Shown here: one piece after another, positions 1 through 11,369 of the stretch | Numbering within the stretch: the first letter of the stretch is position 1 | How the letters are laid out: the number at the start of each line of letters is the position of its first letter | Origin: Chthonomonadales bacterium | GTDB lineage: Bacteria; Armatimonadota; Chthonomonadetes; Chthonomonadales; CAJBBX01 | DNA length: 64,000 nt | Direction: 5' to 3' | Assembly (NCBI GenBank): GCA_037443035.1 | Contig: JBBIPC010000015.1 | Span: forward strand, 30,887-94,886 | Program-made: the position numbers and the translations under genes | The notes under the pieces: model-generated | Databases searched by the model: none | Seen by the model: the letters and a program-made list of their open reading frames with translations, nothing else | Told to the model about the DNA's origin: nothing

Positions 1-84
1 CCGTCGTCCGTAGCATGTCGGCGGAAGAAGGGAGATGTCCTAGAAAGGGACGCACCGGCACAACATAGGGAAGGGACCCCGAGT

Positions 85-258
85 ATGAAGCGTGAGATCG
101 GAATGCCTGTGGTCATCGTTGTTGTCGCCGTGGCACTGCTTGCTATCATCGTGGCTGGCTGGTTCTATCTCCGAGAGCGGAATCCCGCGCCACCCAAGTA
201 CAACCCTACCGGCCCAGCGCCGGAGAATACGCAGAAAATGGTGGAGCCGCAGGTCTAG
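85..258 (+). CDS. Small single-pass membrane protein (57 aa), not in the supplied ORF track
   Basis: Hand translation: MKREIGMPVVIVVVAVALLAIIVAGWFYLRERNPAPPKYNPTGPAPENTQKMVEPQV*; purine-rich GGGAAGGGA upstream; basic N-terminus, one hydrophobic helix, Pro-rich tail; same strand as the prepilin genes. Confidence 0.75.
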   Translation: MKREIGMPVVIVVVAVALLAIIVAGWFYLRERNPAPPKYNPTGPAPENTQKMVEPQV

Positions 259-381
259 GGCACCTTGTTGTTGGCTCTTGGGAGGGCCCAGCTCGCGATG
301 TCGTGCGCGACGAAGTGACGGCCTCTCGTCCTACAGCGGTAGTTCAGAGCGCATCGCAGCAAGCGAGTTGCCGAGAATCCG

Positions 382-410
382 TTGACACTGGGTCTAGCCA
401 GTGTTATACT
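382..410 (+). promoter_or_regulatory. Sigma70-type promoter of the first prepilin-like gene, with an overlapping inverted repeat
   Basis: TTGACA (382-387), 17 nt, TATACT (405-410); ACACTGG-N6-CCAGTGT palindrome at 385-404. Confidence 0.8.
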
Positions 411-483
411 TTAGTCAGGCTCACTACCGGCGGCCGCCCACGTCGTCGAGGTGATCCAACTCAAGCGCAAGAGGAGGCAAGTA

Positions 484-1359
484 ATGAGGCAAGCTCGCAA
501 CACTGGCTTTACGCTGATCGAACTGCTGGTCGTCATCGCCATCATCGCGATCCTCGCAGCTATCTTGTTCCCAGTATTTGCGCAGGCCCGCGACAAGGCG
601 CGACAGGCAAGCTGCTTGTCCAACACGAAGCAGCTTGGCACCGCCTTCATGATGTACATCCAGGACTTCGATGAGAAGTTCCCGCTGGGATTCGGTCTCA
701 GCGCCAGCATCGGGTGGCTGTGGAACTACAACCATGCGGTTCCACCCGACTGGCGACCTCTGGCATCCAATGACCATCGCCTCCCAGCCTACCCCGTCCA
801 CTGGGCTAACTCCACCCAGCCGTACACCAAGAACTACAAGATCGGTGCTTGTCCGACCGGTCCCGAGGTAAGGCTTGGGATTTCCGACTACGACACCCCG
901 CTGAAGCCGTGGGAGAACAGCTCCTACACCTTCAACGGTCTGCTGATGCAGTATTCCCAGGCAGGTATCAAGACTCCGTCCAAGCTCCCGCTCCTTTGGG
1001 AGGGCCGTGGCAAGGCAGCCGTGGCCGGCTTCGCCCTGACCAACCCGGCGCTGCGGTGCGACAATAGCTTCGGCGACTGCTCGTACAAGCCCTGGTCGGA
1101 CAGCTGTACATCACGCTATGACGGCAGCTTCAGCGCCATGTTCGTTCTGTCCGGCACCATCTGGATCCACACAGGTGGAGCCAACTTCGTCATGGCGGAC
1201 GGTTCTGCCAAGTGGCGCAGATTGGGCGCCGCGATCTCGCCCGCGAATACGGATTGGAACACCGATCCGTACACGGGCTACGACGCCGACGGCTTCCCCG
1301 GCTACTACTGGTGGGACGGCTGCCACGCGTGGCTCTTCCGACCGGATATCGAGTGGTAG
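484..1359 (+). CDS. Prepilin-type N-terminal cleavage/methylation protein, DUF1559/H-X9-DG family
   Basis: GAGGAGG RBS then ATG 484; [39 protein letters not shown]-terminal [12 protein letters not shown] (H-X9-DG). Confidence 0.92.
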   Translation: MRQARNTGFTLIELLVVIAIIAILAAILFPVFAQARDKARQASCLSNTKQLGTAFMMYIQDFDEKFPLGFGLSASIGWLWNYNHAVPPDWRPLASNDHRLPAYPVHWANSTQPYTKNYKIGACPTGPEVRLGISDYDTPLKPWENSSYTFNGLLMQYSQAGIKTPSKLPLLWEGRGKAAVAGFALTNPALRCDNSFGDCSYKPWSDSCTSRYDGSFSAMFVLSGTIWIHTGGANFVMADGSAKWRRLGAAISPANTDWNTDPYTGYDADGFPGYYWWDGCHAWLFRPDIEW

Positions 1360-1389
1360 ACCCGCTGTAGTACGCTTCCTCCTAACGGG

Positions 1390-1422
1390 AAAGGGCCGCC
1401 CCGTCGGGGGGCGGCTCGTTTC
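1390..1422 (+). terminator. GC-rich hairpin after prepilin gene 1
   Basis: GGGCCGCCCC ... GGGGCGGCTC followed by GTTTC. Confidence 0.6.
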
Positions 1423-1472
1423 ATCCCGTCGTCTCTAACGGTCCGCTGGCAGCAACCATTTCCGTCATCCCC

Positions 1473-1501
1473 TTGCGCGCTGTGGGACGGAGTGCTATAC
1501 T
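1473..1501 (+). promoter_or_regulatory. Sigma70-type promoter of the second prepilin-like gene
   Basis: TTGCGC (1473-1478), 17 nt, TATACT (1496-1501) with TG extension. Confidence 0.6.
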
Positions 1502-1575
1502 TGCAGCCGTTCCCTCCCCCAGCGTGCCAGGGACGGTCGGGCCGGGGGAACGGTGTTACACACTTGGAGGTACCA

Positions 1576-2448
1576 ATGAACCGCAAGACAACAGCCGCTT
1601 TTACGCTGATCGAACTGCTGGTCGTCATCGCCATCATCGCGATCCTCGCGGCAATCCTGTTCCCGGTATTCGCCCAGGCTCGCGAGAAAGCTCGGGCATC
1701 CAGCTGCTTGAGCAACTACAAGCAGACGTCGCTGGCCATCCTGCAGTACAGCCAGGACTATGACGAGAAATTCCCGCAAGCGAGCCCCTTCTATTCGGGG
1801 CGCTGGACCGGTTCGAACGGCCCCGTGTTCATCACCACGCCGCCGGACCTTCGTGGGTCCGCTCCGTATGCGGCGGTCCGATACCTGACGTGGACATACG
1901 CCACCGATCCGTATCGGAAGAACTACCAGATTCTCGCCTGCCCCTCGTCGCAGGACTGGTTCATCTCGACCAGCGCGACGAATTACCCACCGCCGACCAT
2001 CGCCCAGTCCATGAACGGTCTGCTCCATTGCTACTCCCAGGCCGGGCTCAAGGCTCCCGCCTCCGTGATCTTAGCCTGGAACGGCTTCGAGAAGTCGTCT
2101 CCCGTGGGCTACACGCACGCCAACCCGCTCATGAACTGCGCTGATCCCAACACGGAGTGCATGTACCAGCCACGCAACGATTCCGGCTGCGCCACCGGTA
2201 ACGGTGCGACGAGCCTGCCAATCGTCTACTCCGGCCAGCCGAGCTACTCCGTATGGGTCCACACCAACGGTGACAACCGCATCTATGCCGACGGCCATGC
2301 CAAGTACGTCCCGCTCAATGGCGGCTGGCAGACCGACGCGTTCGCCTCGACGAGCTCCGTGGATGGATCCATTCTCCAGGGCGGTTACTACAGCTACTGG
2401 TACGACGGTTGCCACGCCTGGCTCTTCCGCCCGGATTACGAGCCGTAA
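1576..2448 (+). CDS. Prepilin-type N-terminal cleavage/methylation protein, DUF1559/H-X9-DG family (paralog)
   Basis: GGAGGT RBS then ATG 1576; [46 protein letters not shown]. Confidence 0.92.
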   Translation: MNRKTTAAFTLIELLVVIAIIAILAAILFPVFAQAREKARASSCLSNYKQTSLAILQYSQDYDEKFPQASPFYSGRWTGSNGPVFITTPPDLRGSAPYAAVRYLTWTYATDPYRKNYQILACPSSQDWFISTSATNYPPPTIAQSMNGLLHCYSQAGLKAPASVILAWNGFEKSSPVGYTHANPLMNCADPNTECMYQPRNDSGCATGNGATSLPIVYSGQPSYSVWVHTNGDNRIYADGHAKYVPLNGGWQTDAFASTSSVDGSILQGGYYSYWYDGCHAWLFRPDYEP

Positions 2449-2460
2449 GAACCTGGTGAC

Positions 2461-2676
2461 ATGAGAACTTCACGAGTTCGGCATGGCTTCCGATTGACAG
2501 TCCTTCTCATGGCGCTGCTGGGTGCCCTGGCTACCGGCGGATGCCGCAAGAAGACTGTCGAAGAGAACCCCCCGCCCAAGCCTGATGCCGCGGGACGTAT
2601 GCCCATGCAAGGGCAGGGGACCGTCGGCGCACCGGGCGGCGGCTCGGGACAGGCCATCCAGCCACAGACCGACTAG
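2461..2676 (+). CDS. Small lipoprotein (71 aa)
   Basis: Starts 12 nt after prepilin gene 2; basic N-terminus, hydrophobic core, lipobox-like ATGG|C, then a Pro/Gly-rich tail. Confidence 0.75.
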   Translation: MRTSRVRHGFRLTVLLMALLGALATGGCRKKTVEENPPPKPDAAGRMPMQGQGTVGAPGGGSGQAIQPQTD

Positions 2677-2711
2677 CTGATCCACCTGGACCCAGCAACT
2701 CGGACCGACGT

Positions 2712-2750
2712 AGGGAGGGAGGCACAACCTGTTGGGTGGCCTCCCTCCCT
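2712..2750. terminator. Strong inverted repeat between convergent genes
   Basis: AGGGAGGGAGGC (2712-2723) / GCCTCCCTCCCT (2739-2750), perfect 12-bp arms. Confidence 0.7.
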
Positions 2751-2848
2751 TCACACACCTGGGAGAATGCGCCAAGGTCTGCGAGGCTCCGGTGACGGAG
2801 GAATATCACTGCAACCCGAACCTTGGACAGTCTCCGGACGCTTGCGCC

Positions 2849-3430
2849 TTAGGACCTATTCCTGCTGCTGCGGCCGAACCGCCTTCTGTCCAGCCTTCGC
2901 CTGACGCGCAGGACTTCGTCGCACGCAGGCGAACCACACGTCTCGCGCTCATAGTCGTCCCACAGCGGCGCTGCACAGACCTCGCAGCGAGCACCGCTCC
3001 GGTAGCCTCCGGGAGGATCGGCCGGAGGATGGTAGATGCTCCGCGCACTGAACGCGCCGAACGTAACCGGCCCCTCCTCCCAACAGCGAATCAGTGCCGC
3101 CTTGAGAATCCTGGCTGCAGTGGCGGGCGATACGCCCAACTCCGCTGCCATGGACCGGACCGTAACGCCCGCCACCCACAACTCGAAGGCGCGGCGCATG
3201 GTGTCGGTCAGAGGAGTGTTGCGGCTGAGAAAAAGGAGGTCCTCGATGGCCGACTGTGTTGCGGGCAGCTCCGGAAGGTCGAGGCCGAACGGAACCTCCT
3301 TGGAAGTCTTGCGTGCCAGTTGCACTTCCCTCAGTGGCAACGGGCCATCGCCGTGTACAGCCTTGCGCAGGAGTTCGTCGGCACCCATCTCCTGAGCACG
3401 ACGCGAGGGGTGAGACTTGCGACGAGGCAT
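2849..3430 (-). CDS. Putative DNA-binding protein: sigma70 region 4/LuxR-like HTH plus C-terminal Cys4 zinc finger (193 aa)
   Basis: GGAG RBS before ATG 3430; LTDTMRRAFELWVAGVTVRSMAAELGVSPATAARILKAAL; CEVC-x12-CGSPAC; Arg-rich tail. Confidence 0.65.
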   Translation of the reverse strand: MPRRKSHPSRRAQEMGADELLRKAVHGDGPLPLREVQLARKTSKEVPFGLDLPELPATQSAIEDLLFLSRNTPLTDTMRRAFELWVAGVTVRSMAAELGVSPATAARILKAALIRCWEEGPVTFGAFSARSIYHPPADPPGGYRSGARCEVCAAPLWDDYERETCGSPACDEVLRVRRRLDRRRFGRSSRNRS

Positions 3431-3740
3431 AGCTACATCTCCACTTGGACGCCTAAGCACGCCAGGAAACCGCTGGGGACCTGGCAGACTGCAGGACGAG
3501 TAATCAACAGACATATGTATACTCGTCAGCACCACTGCCATCAGGAAAGATGAGCAGACGTATTTCTACATATAGCTCCTGCGGGATAACGACCTGCGAG
3601 TCACTCGGCCTGCCATTGCCGAACCCACCTGCGGGGGCTCCTTCGCTGTCTCGCAGGCCCGGCGTGCATCCTTCCACCTCGACCATGCACGGTCAAGATG
3701 GGAAGCGTGCCCGGGTGACGGCGCAGCCGGCGTCGGCGAC

Positions 3741-5234
3741 TTACGGACGTGCGATGGCGAACTCGGCGGCCGCGAAGCTCAACGGAGGCGCGTTCACTGT
3801 GGCGGTACCATCCTCGTTCACCGACCCCGTGCCCTGTGACGGAACGATCGTGTAGGGGCGTTCCCAGGTGTTGGCCGCCTTGGGACCGGGACCCGTCAGG
3901 AGATCGACTCTCTTGACCGACTGAACTCGGGCGTCCGCGATTCGTACCGTCAGTGTGGCTGCGTCCGTCTGGCTGCGGTTCACGGAGAAAACCGCGAGAC
4001 TTCCATTGTCGGCAAGGCTCGCCGAGACGTCCAACACCGGCACCTCACCACGCTCACCGGCCACGTACGTCGGGCAAACGACGACTGGGACGAGCGATCG
4101 CCCTTGCGTTAGCTCCGACATGATTGCAAACGGGTAGTAGATACTCTGAACCAGGAGGCCGTCCTTCCTCGTGAGCAAGGGGGCAATGATGTTGACGATC
4201 TGCGCAATGCAGGCGATCTTGACGATGTCGGCGCGCCGGATGAAGGCATTGAGGTACTGTGCGCAGACCAGTGCATCCTCCAGGTTGTAGATCTCTTCGA
4301 TGAGATGGGGAGCCCGCGTCCACTTGCCGTCCATCTCGTTGGCCTTGTACCAGACGTTCCACTCATCGAAGGAGAGGTACACATGCTTGTCGGAGCGCTT
4401 GCGCCCCCGCACATAGGCGAACAGACCGGCGTAGTCCTCCAGGATCCGGTCAATCTCGACGCCCTCTGCGAGGAACCACCCCGTGTCCCCCCGACGGTTT
4501 TCGCTATAGCGATGAGCAGAGACGTAGTGCACCTGATCCCAGCAGTACTCCAGAACTTGCCGATCCCATTCGAGATAGGTTGGCATCCCCCGCCCCGAGG
4601 AACCGCATAGGACTAGCTCGATACTCGGGTCGAGACCTCGCATGAGTTTCGCAGCTTGATCCGCACGCCGGGCGTACTCGTCGGCTGGCACATGCCCTGC
4701 CTGCCATGGACCGTCCATCTCGTTCCCCAGGCACCACACCTTGACGCCGTAGGGCTCTCTGTGGCCGTTCTCCACGCGTCGGTCGGCCCAGTACGTGCCG
4801 GGTGGCATGTTGCAGTACTCCACCAACGCCTGAGCTGCCTCGGCTCCCCTGGTACCCAAGTTCACAGCCAGCATAGGAGACGTGCCGGCTTTGCAGCACC
4901 AGGCCATGAACTCGTCCGTGCCGAAGAGATTCGGCTCCAGCGACTTCCACGCGAAGTCGGGTCGCACCGGCCGCCGGTCACGCGGCCCTATGCCGTCTGT
5001 CCAATCGTACGTACTGACGAAGTTGCCGCCCGGATAGCGCATGAGGGGCATACGGAGGTTCCGAATGGCCTCCAGCACATCCGTGCGGAAGCCGTCTCCG
5101 TCGGCCAACGGGCTGTCCGGGTCGTAGACTCCCTCGTAGACGGCTCGTCCCATGTGCTCGAGGAAGCCGCTGAAGATACGGCGGTCTATATCGCCGCGGT
5201 GAAACTGGGTGTCCAGAGTGAGGGTTGCGCGCAT
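3741..5234 (-). CDS. abfA: Alpha-L-arabinofuranosidase, GH51
   Basis: FLEHMGRAVYEG, RYPGGNF, LGNEMDGPWQ (acid/base), SFDEWNVW (nucleophile), AQIVNII. Confidence 0.93.
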   Translation of the reverse strand: MRATLTLDTQFHRGDIDRRIFSGFLEHMGRAVYEGVYDPDSPLADGDGFRTDVLEAIRNLRMPLMRYPGGNFVSTYDWTDGIGPRDRRPVRPDFAWKSLEPNLFGTDEFMAWCCKAGTSPMLAVNLGTRGAEAAQALVEYCNMPPGTYWADRRVENGHREPYGVKVWCLGNEMDGPWQAGHVPADEYARRADQAAKLMRGLDPSIELVLCGSSGRGMPTYLEWDRQVLEYCWDQVHYVSAHRYSENRRGDTGWFLAEGVEIDRILEDYAGLFAYVRGRKRSDKHVYLSFDEWNVWYKANEMDGKWTRAPHLIEEIYNLEDALVCAQYLNAFIRRADIVKIACIAQIVNIIAPLLTRKDGLLVQSIYYPFAIMSELTQGRSLVPVVVCPTYVAGERGEVPVLDVSASLADNGSLAVFSVNRSQTDAATLTVRIADARVQSVKRVDLLTGPGPKAANTWERPYTIVPSQGTGSVNEDGTATVNAPPLSFAAAEFAIARP

Positions 5235-5325
5235 GTTGGCTCCTTGTGCAGAGGGGCATCGTGCTTCACGGGTAAGCATACCCGCAACGCATGCTCCCTC
5301 TCGTAGCCCCAGAGGAGCCGCGAAC

Positions 5326-8183
<2,858 letters not shown>

Positions 8184-8184
<1 letters not shown>

Positions 8185-9275
8185 TGCCAGGATTACCCCT
8201 GCCCGATCCTGCGGGGCTGCCAGCACCCATCTGGTTGCTCAAGTTTCTCTCCGTCTTCACGCTGACGCTGCACTTGCTGGCCATGAACTTGCTCGTTGGT
8301 GGCACGATCCTCATGGCCATCAGTCTCCATCGTGGCAAGACCGACCCGGTCTCGCAACGGCTCTTCGAGCGGCTTGCGCGTGGTCTTCCGGTAACGATGT
8401 CGCTGACGATCACTCTTGGAGTGGCTCCGCTGCTCTTCGTACAGCTCATCTATGGCCAGGCGTTCTACACCTCGTCAGTGCTGATGGCGTGGCCGTGGCT
8501 GATGGTTATCCCACTCGTCATGCTCGCCTACTACGGCCTCTATGCATGTCAGTTTCGGCCGGCTTGGCTTGGCAAGTATCTCCATGCCATTGCCTGGTTG
8601 AGTGCCCTTTTGATCCTGGTGGTCGGCTTCCTTTTCTCCAACAACTGGACGCTCATGCTGGCGCCCCGGACCTGGCACGCGCTCTACAACGCCGGCATCA
8701 GCGGGCTCCATCTCAACGCCGGCGATTCCTCCCTCATCCCGCGATACCTCCACTTCATGATCGGGGGCTTGGCTGTGGCGGGTCTCGGCGTCCTCTTGCT
8801 CGGGAGAGCTGTCAGGAAGGAGGACGCCGAAATGGCCGAGCGGATGGAACAGATCGGGCGGCGCTGGTTCCTCATGGCAACCGGTATTCAGGTCATCGTC
8901 GGCTTCTGGTTCCTGTTCGCCCTGCCCCAGATGGTGCGCCGATTCTTCATTGGCGGCAACATGGTGGACAGCGGCGTGCTTGCGGCGGGGATCCTCCTGG
9001 CGTTCGTCGCCATGGCAATCGTGCGGCGCGCACCCGGCGTCGCAGCGTTGCTGACAGGTTCGACGGTGTTCCTCATGGTCGTGGCTCGCCACAGGTTGCG
9101 CCAAATCCTGCTGACGCCAGCGTTGAAGATCAATGAGCAGGTAGTCCATCCTCAGTGGGCGCTGCTGGTGCTCTTTGTCGTGCTCCTCCTAGCCGGTCTG
9201 GCTGTGGTGGCGTGGATGGTGTTCGCGTTCGTCCGCGCTGGGCGTGTACGGCCGGACGCGCCCCAGGGCGGTTAG
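8184..9275 (+). CDS. Polytopic membrane protein, probable partner subunit of the bd-like oxidase
   Basis: Start overlaps the upstream stop (GTGATG); many TM helices; LHLLAMN, TITLGVAPLLFVQ, PRYLHF. Confidence 0.75.
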
Positions 9276-9287
9276 GTGCAGCACTGC

Positions 9288-10148
9288 ATGGCGCAAGTCG
9301 CCGCCGTCCTTCCGGCGGCAGGGCTGGGGACACGCCTTCGCCCCTTGACCCAGCACATACCGAAGGAGCTGCTGCCGGTGGGACGCCTGCCTGTGATCGG
9401 CCACGTTCTCCGCGAGCTGCGGGAGGTTGGTGTCGAAGCCGGCACGATCGTCATCTCTCCAAGCAAGACCTCTATCCGGGATTATTGCGGAGACGGCAGC
9501 ACCTTCGGTCTCCAGTGCACTTATGTCGTGCAAGAAGTCATGCGGGGCGTGGGTGATGCAGTGCTCTGCGCCGTTACGTCCGGTGTATCCGCGCCCGTGC
9601 TCGTGGCCTTTGCCGATTGCGCCATCCTTCCCCGAAGGGGTTCTGAAGCTACGTCCGGCACGAAGCGCTTGGTAGAAGCATTTCACGAGCATGGCGCCGA
9701 AGCTGCAGTTCTTTGCGAAGAGGTTCCCAGGGAACGGACGCGCCATTACGGTGTGCTCGCACCTGCGCCTGGATCGGATCCTTCTCGTGGAATGCCCTTC
9801 GAGCTCGCTGGTATCGTCGAGAAACCAGACCCGGCGACGGCTCCAAGCTGCTTCGTCGTGGCTGCTCGTTGGATTCTGGGCGGAGCGGCCATCGAAGCCA
9901 TCCGGCGGCAAGCGCCTGGTCCGAACGGCGAAGTTGGCATTACCGAAGCGATAGCCGCTCTCATTCGCGCAGGAGGAAAGGTGGTTGCCGTCCCGCTGGG
10001 TGCCGACGAGAGAAGGTGCGACGTTGGCAACATCCGCTCTTATCTGTCTGCCCAGGCATTCGCCGCCCTTCACGATCCTGAATACGGTGGCGAGGTGGCC
10101 ACATGGCTCGAGACGGAGCTACGGCTTGGACGACGAGGCGGAGTATAA
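9288..10148 (+). CDS. Sugar-1-phosphate nucleotidyltransferase, GalU-like
   Basis: PAAGLGTRLRPLTQHIPKELLP, IVEKP, GEVGITEAI. Confidence 0.85.
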   Translation: MAQVAAVLPAAGLGTRLRPLTQHIPKELLPVGRLPVIGHVLRELREVGVEAGTIVISPSKTSIRDYCGDGSTFGLQCTYVVQEVMRGVGDAVLCAVTSGVSAPVLVAFADCAILPRRGSEATSGTKRLVEAFHEHGAEAAVLCEEVPRERTRHYGVLAPAPGSDPSRGMPFELAGIVEKPDPATAPSCFVVAARWILGGAAIEAIRRQAPGPNGEVGITEAIAALIRAGGKVVAVPLGADERRCDVGNIRSYLSAQAFAALHDPEYGGEVATWLETELRLGRRGGV

Positions 10149-11320
10149 TGCACTATGGTCCGATGCAGGGATCTCTCGTCGGGCCTCAGGAAGATTATGA
10201 TCGGAGCCCGCACTTGACCGTACCTCTGGCCGACCTTGTCACGCAGTACCACTCGATTCGCGAAGAGGTTGACGCCGCACTTCAGGAAGTACTCGAGAGC
10301 GGGCATTTCATCCTTGGCAGCACTGTCGAAGCGCTGGAGAAGCAAGTAGCTGAACTATGCGGAGCCGCATATGCGGTGGGAGTGAACTCAGGGACAGACG
10401 CACTTCTCCTGGGATTGGCTGCCCTGGGTATCGGCCAGGATGACGAGGTCATTACCACACCGTTCACCTTCGTTGCTACTATCGAAGCCATCACCCACCT
10501 CGGCGCGAGGCCCGTCTTCGCCGATATTGACGCGGCCACGTTCAACCTGGACCCCTCGTCGGTGCGCCGTAAGATCACGTCGAAGACGCGTGCCATTCTT
10601 CCGGTGGACCTGTTCGGGCAGCCAGCCGACCGGTCGGCATTCGAAGCCTTGGCTGCAGAGTATGGGCTCGCTCTATTGTACGACTCGGCCCAGGCAATCG
10701 CCGCACGTTTCGACAACCGACCACTGGGAGCGTTCGGCGATGCGCTTACGTTGTCTTTCTTTCCGACGAAGAACCTCGGCGCCTATGGCGATGGCGGCAT
10801 GGTGTTGACGAACCGGCCGGATGTTCATCAGAAACTGCGGAAGCTGCGTTTCCACGGCAGCGGCGGTGGCTACGAATACGAGTACGTGGGCTACTGCAGT
10901 AGGCTGGACGCCCTGCAAGCGGCGGTCTTGCTGGTAAAGCTTAGGCATCTGGAGACATGGACGGAATGTCGGCGAGAGCATGCTATGCGGTACGCTGCTT
11001 GTCTCGCAGACACCGATTGCGTCCTTCCCGATTGCGATCCGCGGGCATTTCATGTGTACCATCAGTTCACGATCCGGCATCCGCTCAGGGATCAGTTGCG
11101 TGCGTTTCTGGCTGCGCGCGGGATCCAGACCGGCGTCTATTACCCATCGCCGTTGCACCTCCAGAAGGCGTATGCCATTCTCGGTCACAAGCCGGGTGAT
11201 TTCCCAGAAGCCGAGCGTGCGTCCAGGGAAGTGCTCTCGCTACCTGTTCATCCCGAGTTGACCGCGGAACAGCAGGAGTATGTCTGCCGTACGATAGTCG
11301 AGTTTCATTCCAGAAGCTGA
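10148..11320 (+). CDS. DegT/DnrJ/EryC1/StrS family PLP aminotransferase
   Basis: NSGTDAL, DSAQAI, SFFPTKNLGAYGDGG, SRLDALQAA; TAATG coupling to the upstream gene (exact start uncertain). Confidence 0.92.
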   Translation: MHYGPMQGSLVGPQEDYDRSPHLTVPLADLVTQYHSIREEVDAALQEVLESGHFILGSTVEALEKQVAELCGAAYAVGVNSGTDALLLGLAALGIGQDDEVITTPFTFVATIEAITHLGARPVFADIDAATFNLDPSSVRRKITSKTRAILPVDLFGQPADRSAFEALAAEYGLALLYDSAQAIAARFDNRPLGAFGDALTLSFFPTKNLGAYGDGGMVLTNRPDVHQKLRKLRFHGSGGGYEYEYVGYCSRLDALQAAVLLVKLRHLETWTECRREHAMRYAACLADTDCVLPDCDPRAFHVYHQFTIRHPLRDQLRAFLAARGIQTGVYYPSPLHLQKAYAILGHKPGDFPEAERASREVLSLPVHPELTAEQQEYVCRTIVEFHSRS

Positions 11321-11369
11321 CGCTGTAACGAGCCTGGCGACTTTCCTTTCTGTTGGAGAACGACAGCCT

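Noticed and set aside
484..2448. Type IV pilus / T2SS locus or pilin antigenic-variation cassettes
   Set aside because: No assembly ATPase, platform or secretin in the window; both genes are complete and have promoters, so they are not silent cassettes
2705..2800. Group II intron 3' end (hairpin followed by CCCTAC on the minus strand)
   Set aside because: No domain V consensus upstream and no RT/maturase
3578..3660. 6S RNA (ACCCACCTG resembles a Bacillus 6S segment) and short CCTGC repeats
   Set aside because: I could not build the long rod with a central bubble; the repeats are only 5-6 nt with irregular spacing
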